A stretch of 64,000 bases of DNA from an uncultured Alphaproteobacteria bacterium (GCA_942490805.1 CALNYU010000008.1:192451-256450); one strand, 5' to 3'; counted from the first letter of the stretch, positions 52,249 through 62,495 are shown. Notes: generated from the sequence alone by a model not told the origin. Numbers and translations are program-made.

Positions 52249-53478
52249 ATGCGCCGCGTTGTCGTCACAGGTCTCGGGATCGTATCGCCGATCGGGAACA
52301 ATGCCGAAGAAGTGCTTGCCGCGCTCAAAGCCGGAAAATCCGGGATTGAGGCGTCGCCCGAAATGGCCGAACACGGCTTTCGCAGCCAGATCGCGGGCAC
52401 GCTCAAAATCGACATCACCGAACACGTCGACAAACGCACCCTGCGCTTCATGGGGCCAGGTGCGGCTTATGCGCACATCGCGATGGGACAGGCGATTGCC
52501 GACGCCGGATTGAGCGAAGATCAGATCGTCAATCCAATGACCGGATTGATTGCAGGCTCGGGCGGGCCATCCACTTCGGCCATTCTCAAGGCACATGAGG
52601 TCGTCAAAGAGACAGGCTCGACCAAACGCATCGGGCCGTTTGCGGTCCCAAAGGCCATGTCCTCGACTGTCAGCGCGAACCTTGCGACGGCTTACAAGAT
52701 CAAGGGGATGAACTTTTCGATCACATCTGCTTGCTCCACCTCGCTACACTGCATCGGCATGGCCGCCCAGCAAGTGGCACTCGGCACGCAGGACATCATG
52801 TTCGCAGGTGGTGGCGAAGAGCTCGACTGGACATTGTCGTGCCTCTTTGACGCGATGGGCGCGATGTCGTCGAAATATAACGACACGCCGACCCGTGCCA
52901 GCCGCGCCTTCGACGCTGACCGCGACGGTTTCGTCATCGCAGGCGGTGGCGCGATGGTCGTGCTGGAAACGCTTGAAAGCGCACAGGCACGTGGTGCCAA
53001 GATTTACGCCGAAGTCACCGGCTTTTCTGCTACCTCCGACGGGGCCGATATGGTTGCACCTTCGGGTGAAGGCGGCGAACGGGCGATGCGCGGCGCGCTG
53101 AAAACACTGCCCGCGGACCGCAAGGTCAGCTACATCAACGCGCACGGCACATCCACACCCGTGGGCGACGTGGGCGAGGTTGAGGCCGTCCGCCGCGTCT
53201 TTGGCCAAGGCAGCACACCACCCATCAGCTCCACCAAGTCGATGACAGGCCACAGCCAAGGGGCCACCGGCGCGCAAGAAGCCGTCTATTGCCTGCTGAT
53301 GCTGGAAAACGACTTTATCGCGCCGTCGATCAACGTCGAAAACCTCGACCCCGCTCTGGACCCTGCCGAGATCGCCACGACGCTCGTGGAAAACGCAGGC
53401 CTCGATACGGTGATGACCAACTCTTTCGGGTTCGGCGGCACCAACGGCTCGATGCTTCTTTCCAAATTCAAAGGATAG
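52249..53478 (+). CDS. fabB: Beta-ketoacyl-ACP synthase I
   Basis: SACSTS, NAHGTST, TGHSQG, NSFGFGG. Confidence 0.95.
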   Translation: MRRVVVTGLGIVSPIGNNAEEVLAALKAGKSGIEASPEMAEHGFRSQIAGTLKIDITEHVDKRTLRFMGPGAAYAHIAMGQAIADAGLSEDQIVNPMTGLIAGSGGPSTSAILKAHEVVKETGSTKRIGPFAVPKAMSSTVSANLATAYKIKGMNFSITSACSTSLHCIGMAAQQVALGTQDIMFAGGGEELDWTLSCLFDAMGAMSSKYNDTPTRASRAFDADRDGFVIAGGGAMVVLETLESAQARGAKIYAEVTGFSATSDGADMVAPSGEGGERAMRGALKTLPADRKVSYINAHGTSTPVGDVGEVEAVRRVFGQGSTPPISSTKSMTGHSQGATGAQEAVYCLLMLENDFIAPSINVENLDPALDPAEIATTLVENAGLDTVMTNSFGFGGTNGSMLLSKFKG

Positions 53479-53482
53479 GCCA

Positions 53483-54275
53483 ATGACAATTTCCATGCAG
53501 GGCAAACGCGGGCTGATCATGGGCGTGGCCAACGAGCGTTCCATCGCTTGGGGCATCGCCAAAGCGATGTCCGAGGCCGGCGCGGAACTGGCCTTCACCT
53601 ATCAAGGCGAAGCTTTTGGCAAACGTCTTGAACCGCTTGCCGCATCTGTCGGGTCCGACATCATGGTCGATGTGGACGTGAACGATGACGCCAGCATGGA
53701 TCTGGCATTTCAGACGCTCAAAGACCGCTGGGGCACACTCGATTTCGTCGTCCACGCGATTGCCTTTTCCGACAAGAACGAACTGACAGGCCGCTTCATC
53801 AACACCAGCCGCGAGAACTTCAAAAACTCGCTGACGATTTCATGCTATTCCTTTATCGACGTGGCCAAACGGGCAGCGGAACTGATGCCAAACGGCGGCA
53901 CCTTGCTGACGATCACCTTCCAAGGGTCAAATCAGGTCACACCGTTCTACAACGTCATGGGCGTTGCGAAGGCCGCATTGGAATCCGCCACCCGTTATCT
54001 TGCCAACGACCTTGGCCCCCAAGGGATCCGCGTCAACGCCATCAGCCCCGGCCCGATGAAAACCCTTGCAGGCGCAGCCATCGGCGGCGCGCGCAAGACT
54101 TATAAACACACCGACCAGAACGCGCCCTTGCGCAGCAACGCCACGCTTGAGGCAGTTGGCGGTACTGCCGTCTATCTGGCCTCCGAGGCCGGGTGCCTGC
54201 ACAACAGGCGAGATTATTCGCGTGGATGGGGGCTATCACGTGCTGGGGATGCCGCAGCCGGAAAATCTGGGCTAA
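53483..54275 (+). CDS. fabI: Enoyl-ACP reductase (apparent +1 indel at 54191-54193)
   Basis: GVANERSIAWGIA, YNVMGVAK; tail GACTTGEIIRVDGGYH lies in the next frame after GGG. Confidence 0.93.
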
Positions 54276-54294
54276 GCCTGCCCACATAAAACAT

Positions 54295-54330
54295 AAAAAA
54301 CCCGCCCAGTCGCAAAACAGGGCGGGTTTT
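54295..54330. terminator. Bidirectional terminator between fabI and the PPIase gene
   Basis: AAAAAACCCGCCC...GGGCGGGTTTT. Confidence 0.75.
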
Positions 54331-54350
54331 GTCGTTCTAAGACGTAAGCC

Positions 54351-54785
54351 TTAGGCCGCTTTGATCTCGACAACCTCGATCTCGAAGTTCAAGTCTTGGC
54401 CTGCAAGCGGGTGGTTGGCATCCAACGTCACTTCGGCCTCAGTCACTTCGGCCACGGTCACTGGAACAACCTGTCCCTGAGGTGTCTGCATCTGCAACTG
54501 CGTGCCAACCTCAAGCGGAATTTCTGCAGGAATCTGTTCGCGCGGTACGGCCTGACGGGCTTCTGGGTTGGTTTCGCCGTAGGCCTGATCACAAGGCACG
54601 TTCACGGTCTTTTTGTCGCCCACAGTCATGCCGGGGATCGCGCTATCAAGGCCCTTGATGATCTGACCGGAACCGACAACAAACTCCAATGGATCACGGC
54701 CTTCAGAACTGTCGAACATCTGCCCGTCGTTGAGTGTGCCGACATAATTGATCTTTACGGTATCGCCTGTTTTTGCTTCGCTCAT
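54351..54785 (-). CDS. FKBP-type peptidyl-prolyl isomerase (SlyD/SlpA-like)
   Basis: FDSS, GSGQIIKGLD, DANHPLAG. Confidence 0.93.
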   Translation of the reverse strand: MSEAKTGDTVKINYVGTLNDGQMFDSSEGRDPLEFVVGSGQIIKGLDSAIPGMTVGDKKTVNVPCDQAYGETNPEARQAVPREQIPAEIPLEVGTQLQMQTPQGQVVPVTVAEVTEAEVTLDANHPLAGQDLNFEIEVVEIKAA

Positions 54786-54916
54786 GGTCTCGCTCTCTCG
54801 TCCTTTTCAAAAATTGAAGGCGCACCCTATGCAATCATCCAGTGGGATGCAAACGCATTGCCTCTTTTCGCGGGCAGGCCGCCATGACACGATGCGCGCA
54901 ACGCAAGGAGGCCCGC

Positions 54917-55594
54917 ATGCCAATCACCACTGCCGTCTTTGATGCCTATGGCACGCTCTTCGATGTGAACGCTGCCGCGATGCAAGCGGCCCAAGACCCC
55001 GCGCACGCGGGTCTCGCCGCAGTTTGGCCTGCACTGGCGCGCGATTGGCGACGCAAGCAGTTAGAGTATTCATGGCTGCGCGCCGTGGCAGACCGGCATT
55101 GCGATTTCTGGCAGGTGACACAGGATGGTCTGGATTGGGCCCTTGAGGCGCACGGGCTAAAAGACCCCGCCACGCGGGCGCGACTGCTCGAACTGTATTG
55201 GGAACTCAGCCCCTACCCGGAGGTGCCTGCGATGCTGCGCACCCTCAAAGCGCGCGGGATCGCAACGGCGATCCTGTCGAACGGATCACCAGATATGTTG
55301 CAAGCGGCGGTCAATTCCGCACAGATCGGCGACCTGCTGGATGCGCTGTTGAGCGTCGAAGATGTGGGCGTCTTCAAACCCCACGCCCGCGTTTATGATC
55401 TCATCGGTGGGCACTTTGGCTGCGCAAAAGACGAAGTTCTCTTCGTCTCGTCCAACGGCTGGGACGCGGCGGGTGCCGCCGGATACGGCTTTCAAACCGC
55501 TTGGGTCAACCGCGCGGGCGACCCCGTTGACAGGCTCTATGCCACACCGGACCACGTGCTATCCGACCTCACCACCATACCGGAGCTTCTGTGA
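54917..55594 (+). CDS. Haloacid dehalogenase type II
   Basis: FDAYGTLFD, LSNGS, FKP, VSSNGWD. Confidence 0.9.
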   Translation: MPITTAVFDAYGTLFDVNAAAMQAAQDPAHAGLAAVWPALARDWRRKQLEYSWLRAVADRHCDFWQVTQDGLDWALEAHGLKDPATRARLLELYWELSPYPEVPAMLRTLKARGIATAILSNGSPDMLQAAVNSAQIGDLLDALLSVEDVGVFKPHARVYDLIGGHFGCAKDEVLFVSSNGWDAAGAAGYGFQTAWVNRAGDPVDRLYATPDHVLSDLTTIPELL

Positions 55595-56412
55595 TGCCCA
55601 GTTTCACTTCCGCCGACGGGCTGACCCTGCACTACACCGACGAAGGCAAGGGCCTTCCGGTCATCGCGCTGGCAGGCCTGACGCGCAATGGCGCTGATTT
55701 CGATCATGTCGCGCCCCACCTGCCCGTCCGCCTGATCCGCCCCGATTATCGCGGGCGCGGCCAATCCGACTGGGCCGATCCCGCCACCTACACGATCCCG
55801 CAAGAGGCCGCCGATGTGCTGGCCCTGATGGATCATCTGGGGCTGGAAAAGGCTGCTATCCTTGGCACCTCACGCGGCGGGCTGATCGCGATGATGCTGG
55901 CGGCCACCGCCAAGGACCGCCTGTTGGGCGTGGCGCTCAACGATATCGGACCCGAGATTGCGGCAAAGGGCCTTGATGTCATCAAAGACTACATCGGGCG
56001 CAATCCGGCACAGAAAACCTACGCTGAGGCAGCCGAAGCGCGGGCCAAACTCTGGACGCATTTCACCGGTGTGCCAAGGGAGCGCTGGCTGGCCGAAGTG
56101 CAAGCGCACTACCGGCAAACCCCCGACGGCCTCGTGATCCGCTACGACCCAAAACTGCGCGACGCGGTTCTGGCCAGCGGCGCGCAACCCACCCCCGATC
56201 TGTGGCCGCTGTTCGACGCGCTGGCCGATCTACCACTGGCCCTCATTCGTGGCGCAAACTCTGACCTGTTGACCCAAGCTACGGCAGATGAGATGTCCCG
56301 CCGCCGCCCGGATATGATCCGCGCCGATATCGCCGGACGCGGGCATGTGCCCTTCCTTGATGAACCTGACGCAGTGGACGCGCTGCACCAATGGCTGGAG
56401 AAACTGCAATGA
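55594..56412 (+). CDS. Alpha/beta hydrolase
   Basis: GLTRN, DYRGRGQS, GTSRGG, GHVP. Confidence 0.9.
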   Translation: MPSFTSADGLTLHYTDEGKGLPVIALAGLTRNGADFDHVAPHLPVRLIRPDYRGRGQSDWADPATYTIPQEAADVLALMDHLGLEKAAILGTSRGGLIAMMLAATAKDRLLGVALNDIGPEIAAKGLDVIKDYIGRNPAQKTYAEAAEARAKLWTHFTGVPRERWLAEVQAHYRQTPDGLVIRYDPKLRDAVLASGAQPTPDLWPLFDALADLPLALIRGANSDLLTQATADEMSRRRPDMIRADIAGRGHVPFLDEPDAVDALHQWLEKLQ

Positions 56413-57380
56413 ACATCGACATGATCCGCGCCGCAGCGGGGCGCATCAAAGGCCACGCCAGACGCACCCCGATCCTGACCTCGCCCTTCTTGGACGAGAT
56501 CGCAGGCAGGCGCGTTTTCGTCAAAGCCGAATGTTTGCAACACACAGGTTCCTTCAAGTTTCGTGGCGGCTGGGCGTCGGTTTCGGCCCTCACCGACAAC
56601 GCGCTCAAGACCGGCGTCATCGCATTTTCCAGCGGCAACCACGCCCAAGGCGTCGCTCTTGCCGCCCGCGAACACGGCGCGCCAGCGGTCATCATCATGC
56701 CCGCCGATGCGCCCGCAGTGAAAATTGAAAATACCCGCGCGCTCGGGGCTGAAGTGATCCTCTACGACCGCGAAACCGAGGACCGCGACGAGATTGGCGC
56801 GCGTCTGTCGCAAGAACGCAACCTGACCCTGATCAAACCATACGACGCAGAAATGACCATTGCCGGCCAAGGGACCGTGGGCCTCGAGATTGCCGAGGAC
56901 ATGACCGCACTAGGTGTAACCGAGGCCGATGTCATGGTCTGTTGCGGCGGCGGCGGCCTGACCTCGGGCATCGCACTTGCTCTCGCCGCAGATGCCCCCG
57001 GCCTGCGGGCACGCCCTGCCGAACCGGAGGGGTTTGACGATGTCACGCGTTCTTTGATCAGCGGCAAGATCGAACGCAACGCGCGCCTGAGTGGATCGCT
57101 TTGCGATGCGATCATCACCCCGCAACCGGGCAATCTGACCTTCCCGATCATGCAAAAACTGTGCGGTCCCGGTGTTGTGGTGACTGAGGACGAATGCCTG
57201 CGCGCGATGGCCCTCGCCTTTGAGCGGTTGCGGATTGTCGTGGAACCGGGCGGTGCCGCAGCGCTTGCCGCCGCTCTCTTTCACCCCGACGCTTTCGAAG
57301 GCGATGCCGTGATCGCGGTCGCTACCGGCGGCAACGTCGATGCCGCCGTTTTTGCCAAAGCGTTGGAGACACTGGCGTAA
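56409..57380 (+). CDS. Threonine/serine dehydratase family PLP enzyme
   Basis: QHTGSFKFRG, SSGNHAQG, GGGGL, TGGN. Confidence 0.9.
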   Translation: MNIDMIRAAAGRIKGHARRTPILTSPFLDEIAGRRVFVKAECLQHTGSFKFRGGWASVSALTDNALKTGVIAFSSGNHAQGVALAAREHGAPAVIIMPADAPAVKIENTRALGAEVILYDRETEDRDEIGARLSQERNLTLIKPYDAEMTIAGQGTVGLEIAEDMTALGVTEADVMVCCGGGGLTSGIALALAADAPGLRARPAEPEGFDDVTRSLISGKIERNARLSGSLCDAIITPQPGNLTFPIMQKLCGPGVVVTEDECLRAMALAFERLRIVVEPGGAAALAAALFHPDAFEGDAVIAVATGGNVDAAVFAKALETLA

Positions 57381-57398
57381 CGGCGGAAAGAGAAAACA

Positions 57399-58202
57399 AT
57401 GCAAGAGCAGATGATCACACGGCCAGACGGCACCGGCATTTTCGCCCAAATGACGGGACCTGAAAATGGACCAACGGTGGTGTTCTCAAACTCTTTGGGC
57501 ACCACCCTGCACCTGTGGGACGCAATCCTGCCTTTGCTGCCCAAAGGGTTGCGCATTCTGCGCTATGATATGCGCGGGCACGGGCGATCGGATACGCCTG
57601 AGGGACCATATAGCATGGGCCAGCTCATCAGCGACGCCGAGGCAGTTTGCGATGCCTTTGATATCAAAGATGCAATGTTCGTGGGTCTCTCTGTCGGGGG
57701 CATGATCGCGCAAGGGCTGGCCGTGAAACGGCCCGATCTGATCCGTGCAATGGTCCTGTCAAACACAGCCGCCAAGATCGGCAACCCCAAGCTTTGGCAA
57801 GACAGGATCAGCTTTATCACCGCCAACGGCATGGCTGCGGCCTCGGATGAAATCATGCGGCGCTGGTTCAGTCGCGATTTTTACGGAACGCCTGAAATGA
57901 CCGCATGGAAAGCGATGGTCGAGGCCACATCCATCAAAGGCTACACCGGCGTTTGTGCGGCCATCGCAGGCACCGATTTCTATACGCCCACCAGCGGGCT
58001 GCGCATCCCCACGCTTGGAATCGCAGGCACCGAAGACGGGTCCACCCCACCCGATCTGGTGCGCGAAACCACCGATCTGATCCCCGGTTCACATTTTGCC
58101 TTGATACGGCGTGCGGGACACCTGCCCTGCGTCGAAAAACCTGCAGAATTCGCGCAGCACCTTTGTGACTTTTTATCAGCAACCGGACATTTGCGCGCCT
58201 AG
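57399..58202 (+). CDS. pcaD: 3-oxoadipate enol-lactonase-like hydrolase
   Basis: FSNSLGT, DMRGHG, GLSVGG, AGHL. Confidence 0.8.
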   Translation: MQEQMITRPDGTGIFAQMTGPENGPTVVFSNSLGTTLHLWDAILPLLPKGLRILRYDMRGHGRSDTPEGPYSMGQLISDAEAVCDAFDIKDAMFVGLSVGGMIAQGLAVKRPDLIRAMVLSNTAAKIGNPKLWQDRISFITANGMAAASDEIMRRWFSRDFYGTPEMTAWKAMVEATSIKGYTGVCAAIAGTDFYTPTSGLRIPTLGIAGTEDGSTPPDLVRETTDLIPGSHFALIRRAGHLPCVEKPAEFAQHLCDFLSATGHLRA

Positions 58203-58251
58203 CCCATTGATCGCGCTTGCAAACCCGACCGCGCAGTCTAATCCTGCGCGG

Positions 58252-59469
58252 ATGAACAAACGCCTCGCCGTCACATTTATCTTCATCTCGGTCATGCTCG
58301 ACAGTATGGGGATCGGGTTGATTATGCCGGTGATGCCGGACCTGATCCAAGAGGTCGAAGGCCAAGGCATTGGCGCCGCCGCCGTCTGGGGCGGTATTCT
58401 CTCCACAATCTTTGCAGCGATGCAGTTTATCTTTGGGCCCACGCTCGGCAGCCTGTCTGACCGCTATGGGCGCAGGCCGATCCTGATCATCTCGCTTGTG
58501 ATCATGGCGTTCAATTACGTGTTGATGGCGCTCGCGTTCACGATCTGGCTGTTGATCATCGCACGGGTGATCGGCGGGATCACAGCGGCAACGCAATCCA
58601 CCTCGGCGGCCTATATGGCCGATATTTCCAAACCCGAAGAAAAAGCCGCCAACTTTGGCCTGATCGGGGCCGCTTTTGGTGTGGGTTTCGTGCTGGGGCC
58701 GCTGATGGGCGGGGCGCTGGCGGAATTCGGGACGCGCGCACCGTTCTGGGCGGCAGCCTGCCTTGCGGCGGCCAATGCGATCTTTGGCTATTATGTCCTG
58801 CCCGAGAGCGTGACCGACCGCATCCGCCGCCCCTTTGAATGGCGGCGTGCGAACCCGCTGGGGGCGTTTCGGAACATCGGTGGCCTGCCGGGATTCAAGC
58901 GGCTTTTGTTGATCAGCTTTGTCTATACTATCGCCTTTTTCGTTTATCCGGGTGTCTGGGCCTATTACGGGGCCGAGCGGTTTGACTGGGGCCCCGGCAT
59001 GATCGGGCTGTCACTGGGGATTTTCGGGATCGGGATCGCGGTTGTCCAAGGCCTGCTGATCCGCCCTGTCATTCGACGCATCGGTGAGCGTAAGGCCGTG
59101 ATCCTTGGTTTGTCGGTTGATGTGCTGGCCTTTGTCGCTTTGGGCTTTGTGACAAACGGTTGGGTCGCGCTGGCGCTCACACCGCTGACGGCACTGGGGT
59201 CTATCGCAGGGCCTGCACTGCAAGGGATCATGTCGCGCACCGCAGCAGATGACCAACAGGGCGAATTGCAAGGCACGGTGACGTCGATCAACGCGGTCGC
59301 CACGATTGTGGCCCCGCTGATGGTCACGCAAACCTTTTGGTATTTCACCGACGGCAACGGCCCGGTCTATGCACCAGGCGCGCCGTTTCTTTTGTCGGCG
59401 CTCCTGACCATCGGCTGTATCTTTGTATTCATGCAAACCCCCCGCCCAAAGCGCCCCCGCGGCAGATAA
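58252..59469 (+). CDS. TCR/Tet family MFS efflux transporter
   Basis: LDSMGIGLIMPVMP, GSLSDRYGRRP, GFVLGP..GG, QGELQG. Confidence 0.88.
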   Translation: MNKRLAVTFIFISVMLDSMGIGLIMPVMPDLIQEVEGQGIGAAAVWGGILSTIFAAMQFIFGPTLGSLSDRYGRRPILIISLVIMAFNYVLMALAFTIWLLIIARVIGGITAATQSTSAAYMADISKPEEKAANFGLIGAAFGVGFVLGPLMGGALAEFGTRAPFWAAACLAAANAIFGYYVLPESVTDRIRRPFEWRRANPLGAFRNIGGLPGFKRLLLISFVYTIAFFVYPGVWAYYGAERFDWGPGMIGLSLGIFGIGIAVVQGLLIRPVIRRIGERKAVILGLSVDVLAFVALGFVTNGWVALALTPLTALGSIAGPALQGIMSRTAADDQQGELQGTVTSINAVATIVAPLMVTQTFWYFTDGNGPVYAPGAPFLLSALLTIGCIFVFMQTPRPKRPRGR

Positions 59470-59542
59470 CGTCGCGATCAGACTTGCAAGACGCGTCTGA
59501 CCAAAGCAGGGTCAGACCCGAACACGTTCCAAGGATGCTTCC

Positions 59543-60622
59543 ATGCCAGAAATCAAAGCCGCCGTTTGCCGCCAGTTCGGCGCCCCGCTCACCATTGAAA
59601 CGGTCACGCTTGCCGCGCCCGAAATGGGTGAGGTTGAAGTAACGCTGAAAGCCTGCGCGATCTGCCACTCCGACATCTCCTACATCGACGGCGGCTGGGG
59701 CGGCACCTTGCCCGCCGTCTACGGACACGAGGCCGCGGGGCACGTCAGTGCAGTGGGCGCAGGCGTGCGCGGCGTAGCGGTTGGCGATCCGGTCGTGGTG
59801 ACACTGATCCGCGCCTGCGGGACCTGCCCGTCTTGCGCGGGGGGCAAGCCGGTGGCCTGCGAAAGCGATATGGCCAGCGGTCCGCTGACGGGCGCAAATG
59901 GCGAGGCCTTACATCAGGCGATGAACACCGGCGGCTTTGCGGAACGCGTTGTCGTCGATCAAAGCCAGGTGGTGAAGCTCAGCGAAGGCATCGCAATGGA
60001 GGCCGCATCGCTGCTGGCCTGCGGGGTGATCACAGGCGTGGGCGCTGTGGTGAATGCGGCAGGTCTACGGGCCGGACAGGATGTGGTTGTGATTGGCGCA
60101 GGCGGCGTCGGGCTGAACGCGATCCAGGGGGCGCGTATCGCAGGCGCGCGCCGGATTATCGCGGTGGATATGTCGGAAGAAAAGCTCGCCATTGCCAAGG
60201 AATTCGGCGCGACCGACGGGGTGTTGGCCACCGCCGAGAAACCTTGGCGGATCGCAAAGCAGTCAATGGGGCGTGGGGCCGATGCGGTTTTCGTGACGGT
60301 GGGGGCGATACCGGCCTATGACACCGCGCCGCAATACCTTGCCAATGGCGGCAAGGTGATCATGGTCGGCATGCCCCATTCCGGTGCGATGTCCAGCTAT
60401 GAACCCGTCATGCTGGCCGCCACAGGCCAAGGCATGGTCGGATCAAAGATGGGCGATGTGGTAATCGCGCGCGATATTCCGTGGATGGTTGATCTTTATG
60501 AACAAGGGCGGCTGAAGCTGGATGAGCTGATCTCGGGGCGCTGGTCGCTGGAGCAGATCAACGAGGCGATTGCGGATACCAAGACAGGATCGGCCAAGCG
60601 CAACGTCATTGTCTTTGACTGA
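59543..60622 (+). CDS. Zinc-dependent alcohol dehydrogenase family protein
   Basis: ICHSD, GHEAAG, CGTCPSC..C, GAGGVG. Confidence 0.9.
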   Translation: MPEIKAAVCRQFGAPLTIETVTLAAPEMGEVEVTLKACAICHSDISYIDGGWGGTLPAVYGHEAAGHVSAVGAGVRGVAVGDPVVVTLIRACGTCPSCAGGKPVACESDMASGPLTGANGEALHQAMNTGGFAERVVVDQSQVVKLSEGIAMEAASLLACGVITGVGAVVNAAGLRAGQDVVVIGAGGVGLNAIQGARIAGARRIIAVDMSEEKLAIAKEFGATDGVLATAEKPWRIAKQSMGRGADAVFVTVGAIPAYDTAPQYLANGGKVIMVGMPHSGAMSSYEPVMLAATGQGMVGSKMGDVVIARDIPWMVDLYEQGRLKLDELISGRWSLEQINEAIADTKTGSAKRNVIVFD

Positions 60623-60635
60623 CGGAAGCCAAACC

Positions 60636-60661
60636 GTAAGGTGGATCAAGATCCACCTTAC
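60636..60661. repeat. REP-like palindrome copy 6
   Basis: GTAAGGTGGATC-AA-GATCCACCTTAC, identical to copy 5. Confidence 0.9.
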
Positions 60662-60685
60662 CTTGCCCGCAGGACGCACACAGAC

Positions 60686-61915
60686 ATGAAACTCGCCGAT
60701 CTCGATATCATCGTCACCGCACCTCCGGCCCCCGGTTGGGGTGGGCGCTATTGGATCATCCCCAAGGTCACGACGGACACAGGTGTTGTGGGCTACGGCG
60801 AATGCTATGCCTCGTCCATCGGGCCGGAGGCGATGAAGGCCGTCATCACAGACGTCTTCGCGCGCCACATGGCTGGCGAAAACCCCGAAAACATCGAACT
60901 GATGTTCCGCCGCGTCTATTCTGCCGGCTTTACCCAGCGCCCCGACCTGACGGTCATCGGCGCATGGTCCGGTCTGGAAATGGCCTGCTGGGATATCTTG
61001 GGCAAAGACCGCGACCGCCCTGTGCATGCGCTGATCGGCGGGCGGATGAATGACCGCATCCGCGCCTATACCTATCTCTATCCCCGCCCCGACCATCCGC
61101 TGCCGGATTTCTGGTCCAGCCCTGATATGGCTGCCGAAGTTGCCCTCGATATGGTCGAAAAAGGCTATACGGCCATCAAGTTCGACCCCGCAGGCCCCTA
61201 CACGATCCGTGGCGGGCATATGCCTGCGATGTATGACATCACGCTCTCGGTCGCCTTTTGCAAAGCGATCCGCGAAGCCATTGGCGACCGTGCCGATCTG
61301 CTGTTTGGTACACACGGGCAGTTCAGCACCAGCGGCGCGATCCGGCTGGCCAAAGCAATCGAACCGTACAGCCCGCTCTGGTACGAAGAACCCATCCCCC
61401 CCGATAACGTCACTCAAATGGCCCGCGTCGCCAGTGCCACCAGCATTCCCGTCGCCACCGGCGAACGGCTGACAACCAAGGCCGAGTTCGCACCGGTCCT
61501 GCGATCAGGTGCGGCCAGCATCCTGCAACCGGCGTTGGGCCGGTCAGGTGGCATCTGGGAAACCAAGAAAATCGCCGCTATGGCCGAAGTCTATAACGCG
61601 CAAATCGCACCGCATCTCTACGCAGGTCCGGTGGAATGGGCCGCCAACATCCAGCTTGCCGCCTCAATCCCCAACATCCTGATGGCCGAGACGATTGAAA
61701 CGCCTTTCCATAACGCCTTGATCAAAGGCAGCATCACCGTCGAGAACGGCTATGTCCCTGTCCCAACCGCTCCCGGTTTGGGCATCGACTTTGATGAAGA
61801 CCTCGCCCGCGCGCATCCCTACGACGGCGATGGGCTCCACCTGCAAATGCAGGAAGAGCCGATTGGCTATCATGGTGTGAACAGCTTTGGTGGCGGCGCA
61901 CCCGTCAAGCAATAA
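60686..61915 (+). CDS. Mandelate racemase/muconate lactonizing enzyme family protein
   Basis: GYGE, MACWDILGK, WYEEP, ATGER, APH, PGLG. Confidence 0.9.
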   Translation: MKLADLDIIVTAPPAPGWGGRYWIIPKVTTDTGVVGYGECYASSIGPEAMKAVITDVFARHMAGENPENIELMFRRVYSAGFTQRPDLTVIGAWSGLEMACWDILGKDRDRPVHALIGGRMNDRIRAYTYLYPRPDHPLPDFWSSPDMAAEVALDMVEKGYTAIKFDPAGPYTIRGGHMPAMYDITLSVAFCKAIREAIGDRADLLFGTHGQFSTSGAIRLAKAIEPYSPLWYEEPIPPDNVTQMARVASATSIPVATGERLTTKAEFAPVLRSGAASILQPALGRSGGIWETKKIAAMAEVYNAQIAPHLYAGPVEWAANIQLAASIPNILMAETIETPFHNALIKGSITVENGYVPVPTAPGLGIDFDEDLARAHPYDGDGLHLQMQEEPIGYHGVNSFGGGAPVKQ

Positions 61916-61930
61916 GGGGCTGCTGCACCG

Positions 61931-62332
61931 TCACTCTTGCTGGATCGACTCCAGATAGAGCGCCAGCGAAAGTACCCTCGCGCGCACAAGCATCTCGTTG
62001 CTCATGTCATCATCAACGCCCGTTTCGGTTTTAAAACGTGCGCCCCAGACCGGCATCGGATACCCGTGGCCCCGCGTTCCCTGACGGCCATCAATCGCAT
62101 GGATGACAGCAAGCATGGGGAACTCACCGTCATTCGCGGCCGACAGACCGGTCAGGCCCGGCACCGGAACCGTCATCAGTTCCGCCAAGGGACCATCCCC
62201 TCCGGCACTTGCACCGTGACAGGTGGCACAACTGTTCATGTACTCCGCTTGCCCGATATCATCAGCCATCGCCCAGCCGGGATTCAGCAAAGTGACGAGC
62301 GCAAAGATCGCCGCGGTTTTGGAATGTTTCAT
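61931..62332 (-). CDS. Monoheme cytochrome c
   Basis: Signal peptide, CATCH, MPVWG. Confidence 0.9.
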   Translation of the reverse strand: MKHSKTAAIFALVTLLNPGWAMADDIGQAEYMNSCATCHGASAGGDGPLAELMTVPVPGLTGLSAANDGEFPMLAVIHAIDGRQGTRGHGYPMPVWGARFKTETGVDDDMSNEMLVRARVLSLALYLESIQQE

Positions 62333-62400
62333 AGTCTCCTCCACAAATTAACTTCGAAACCTGTCGCCCGTCGAAGTTAAAAGCGTTGCCGCAAAGCCGA

Positions 62401-62414
62401 TTGATTAAAATCAA
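62401..62414. promoter_or_regulatory. FNR/FnrL box upstream of cytochrome c
   Basis: Perfect TTGAT-TAAA-ATCAA. Confidence 0.8.
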
Positions 62415-62482
62415 TCATCGCGGCCCCGGACAGCACGGCCAGCAGCCAGCCCCTTTTCAAAACGCTGCCTCTCACCTATCAT

Positions 62483-62495
62483 TGAACTGCGTTCA
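62483..62495. promoter_or_regulatory. Putative TetR operator 1 (autoregulatory)
   Basis: TGAAC-TGC-GTTCA. Confidence 0.6.

Noticed and set aside
54185..54289. fabI with a novel C-terminus
   Set aside because: One extra G in GGG; the conserved TGEIIRVDGG tail is intact in the next frame.
58252..59469. Acquired tetracycline resistance gene
   Set aside because: TCR/Tet-family MFS without an adjacent divergent tetR or mobile element; the substrate cannot be inferred.
8385..60661. Repeated 26-mers as a CRISPR array or IS ends
   Set aside because: Copies are dispersed over kilobases with no spacers, cas genes, DDE transposase or target-site duplications; they fit REPs.
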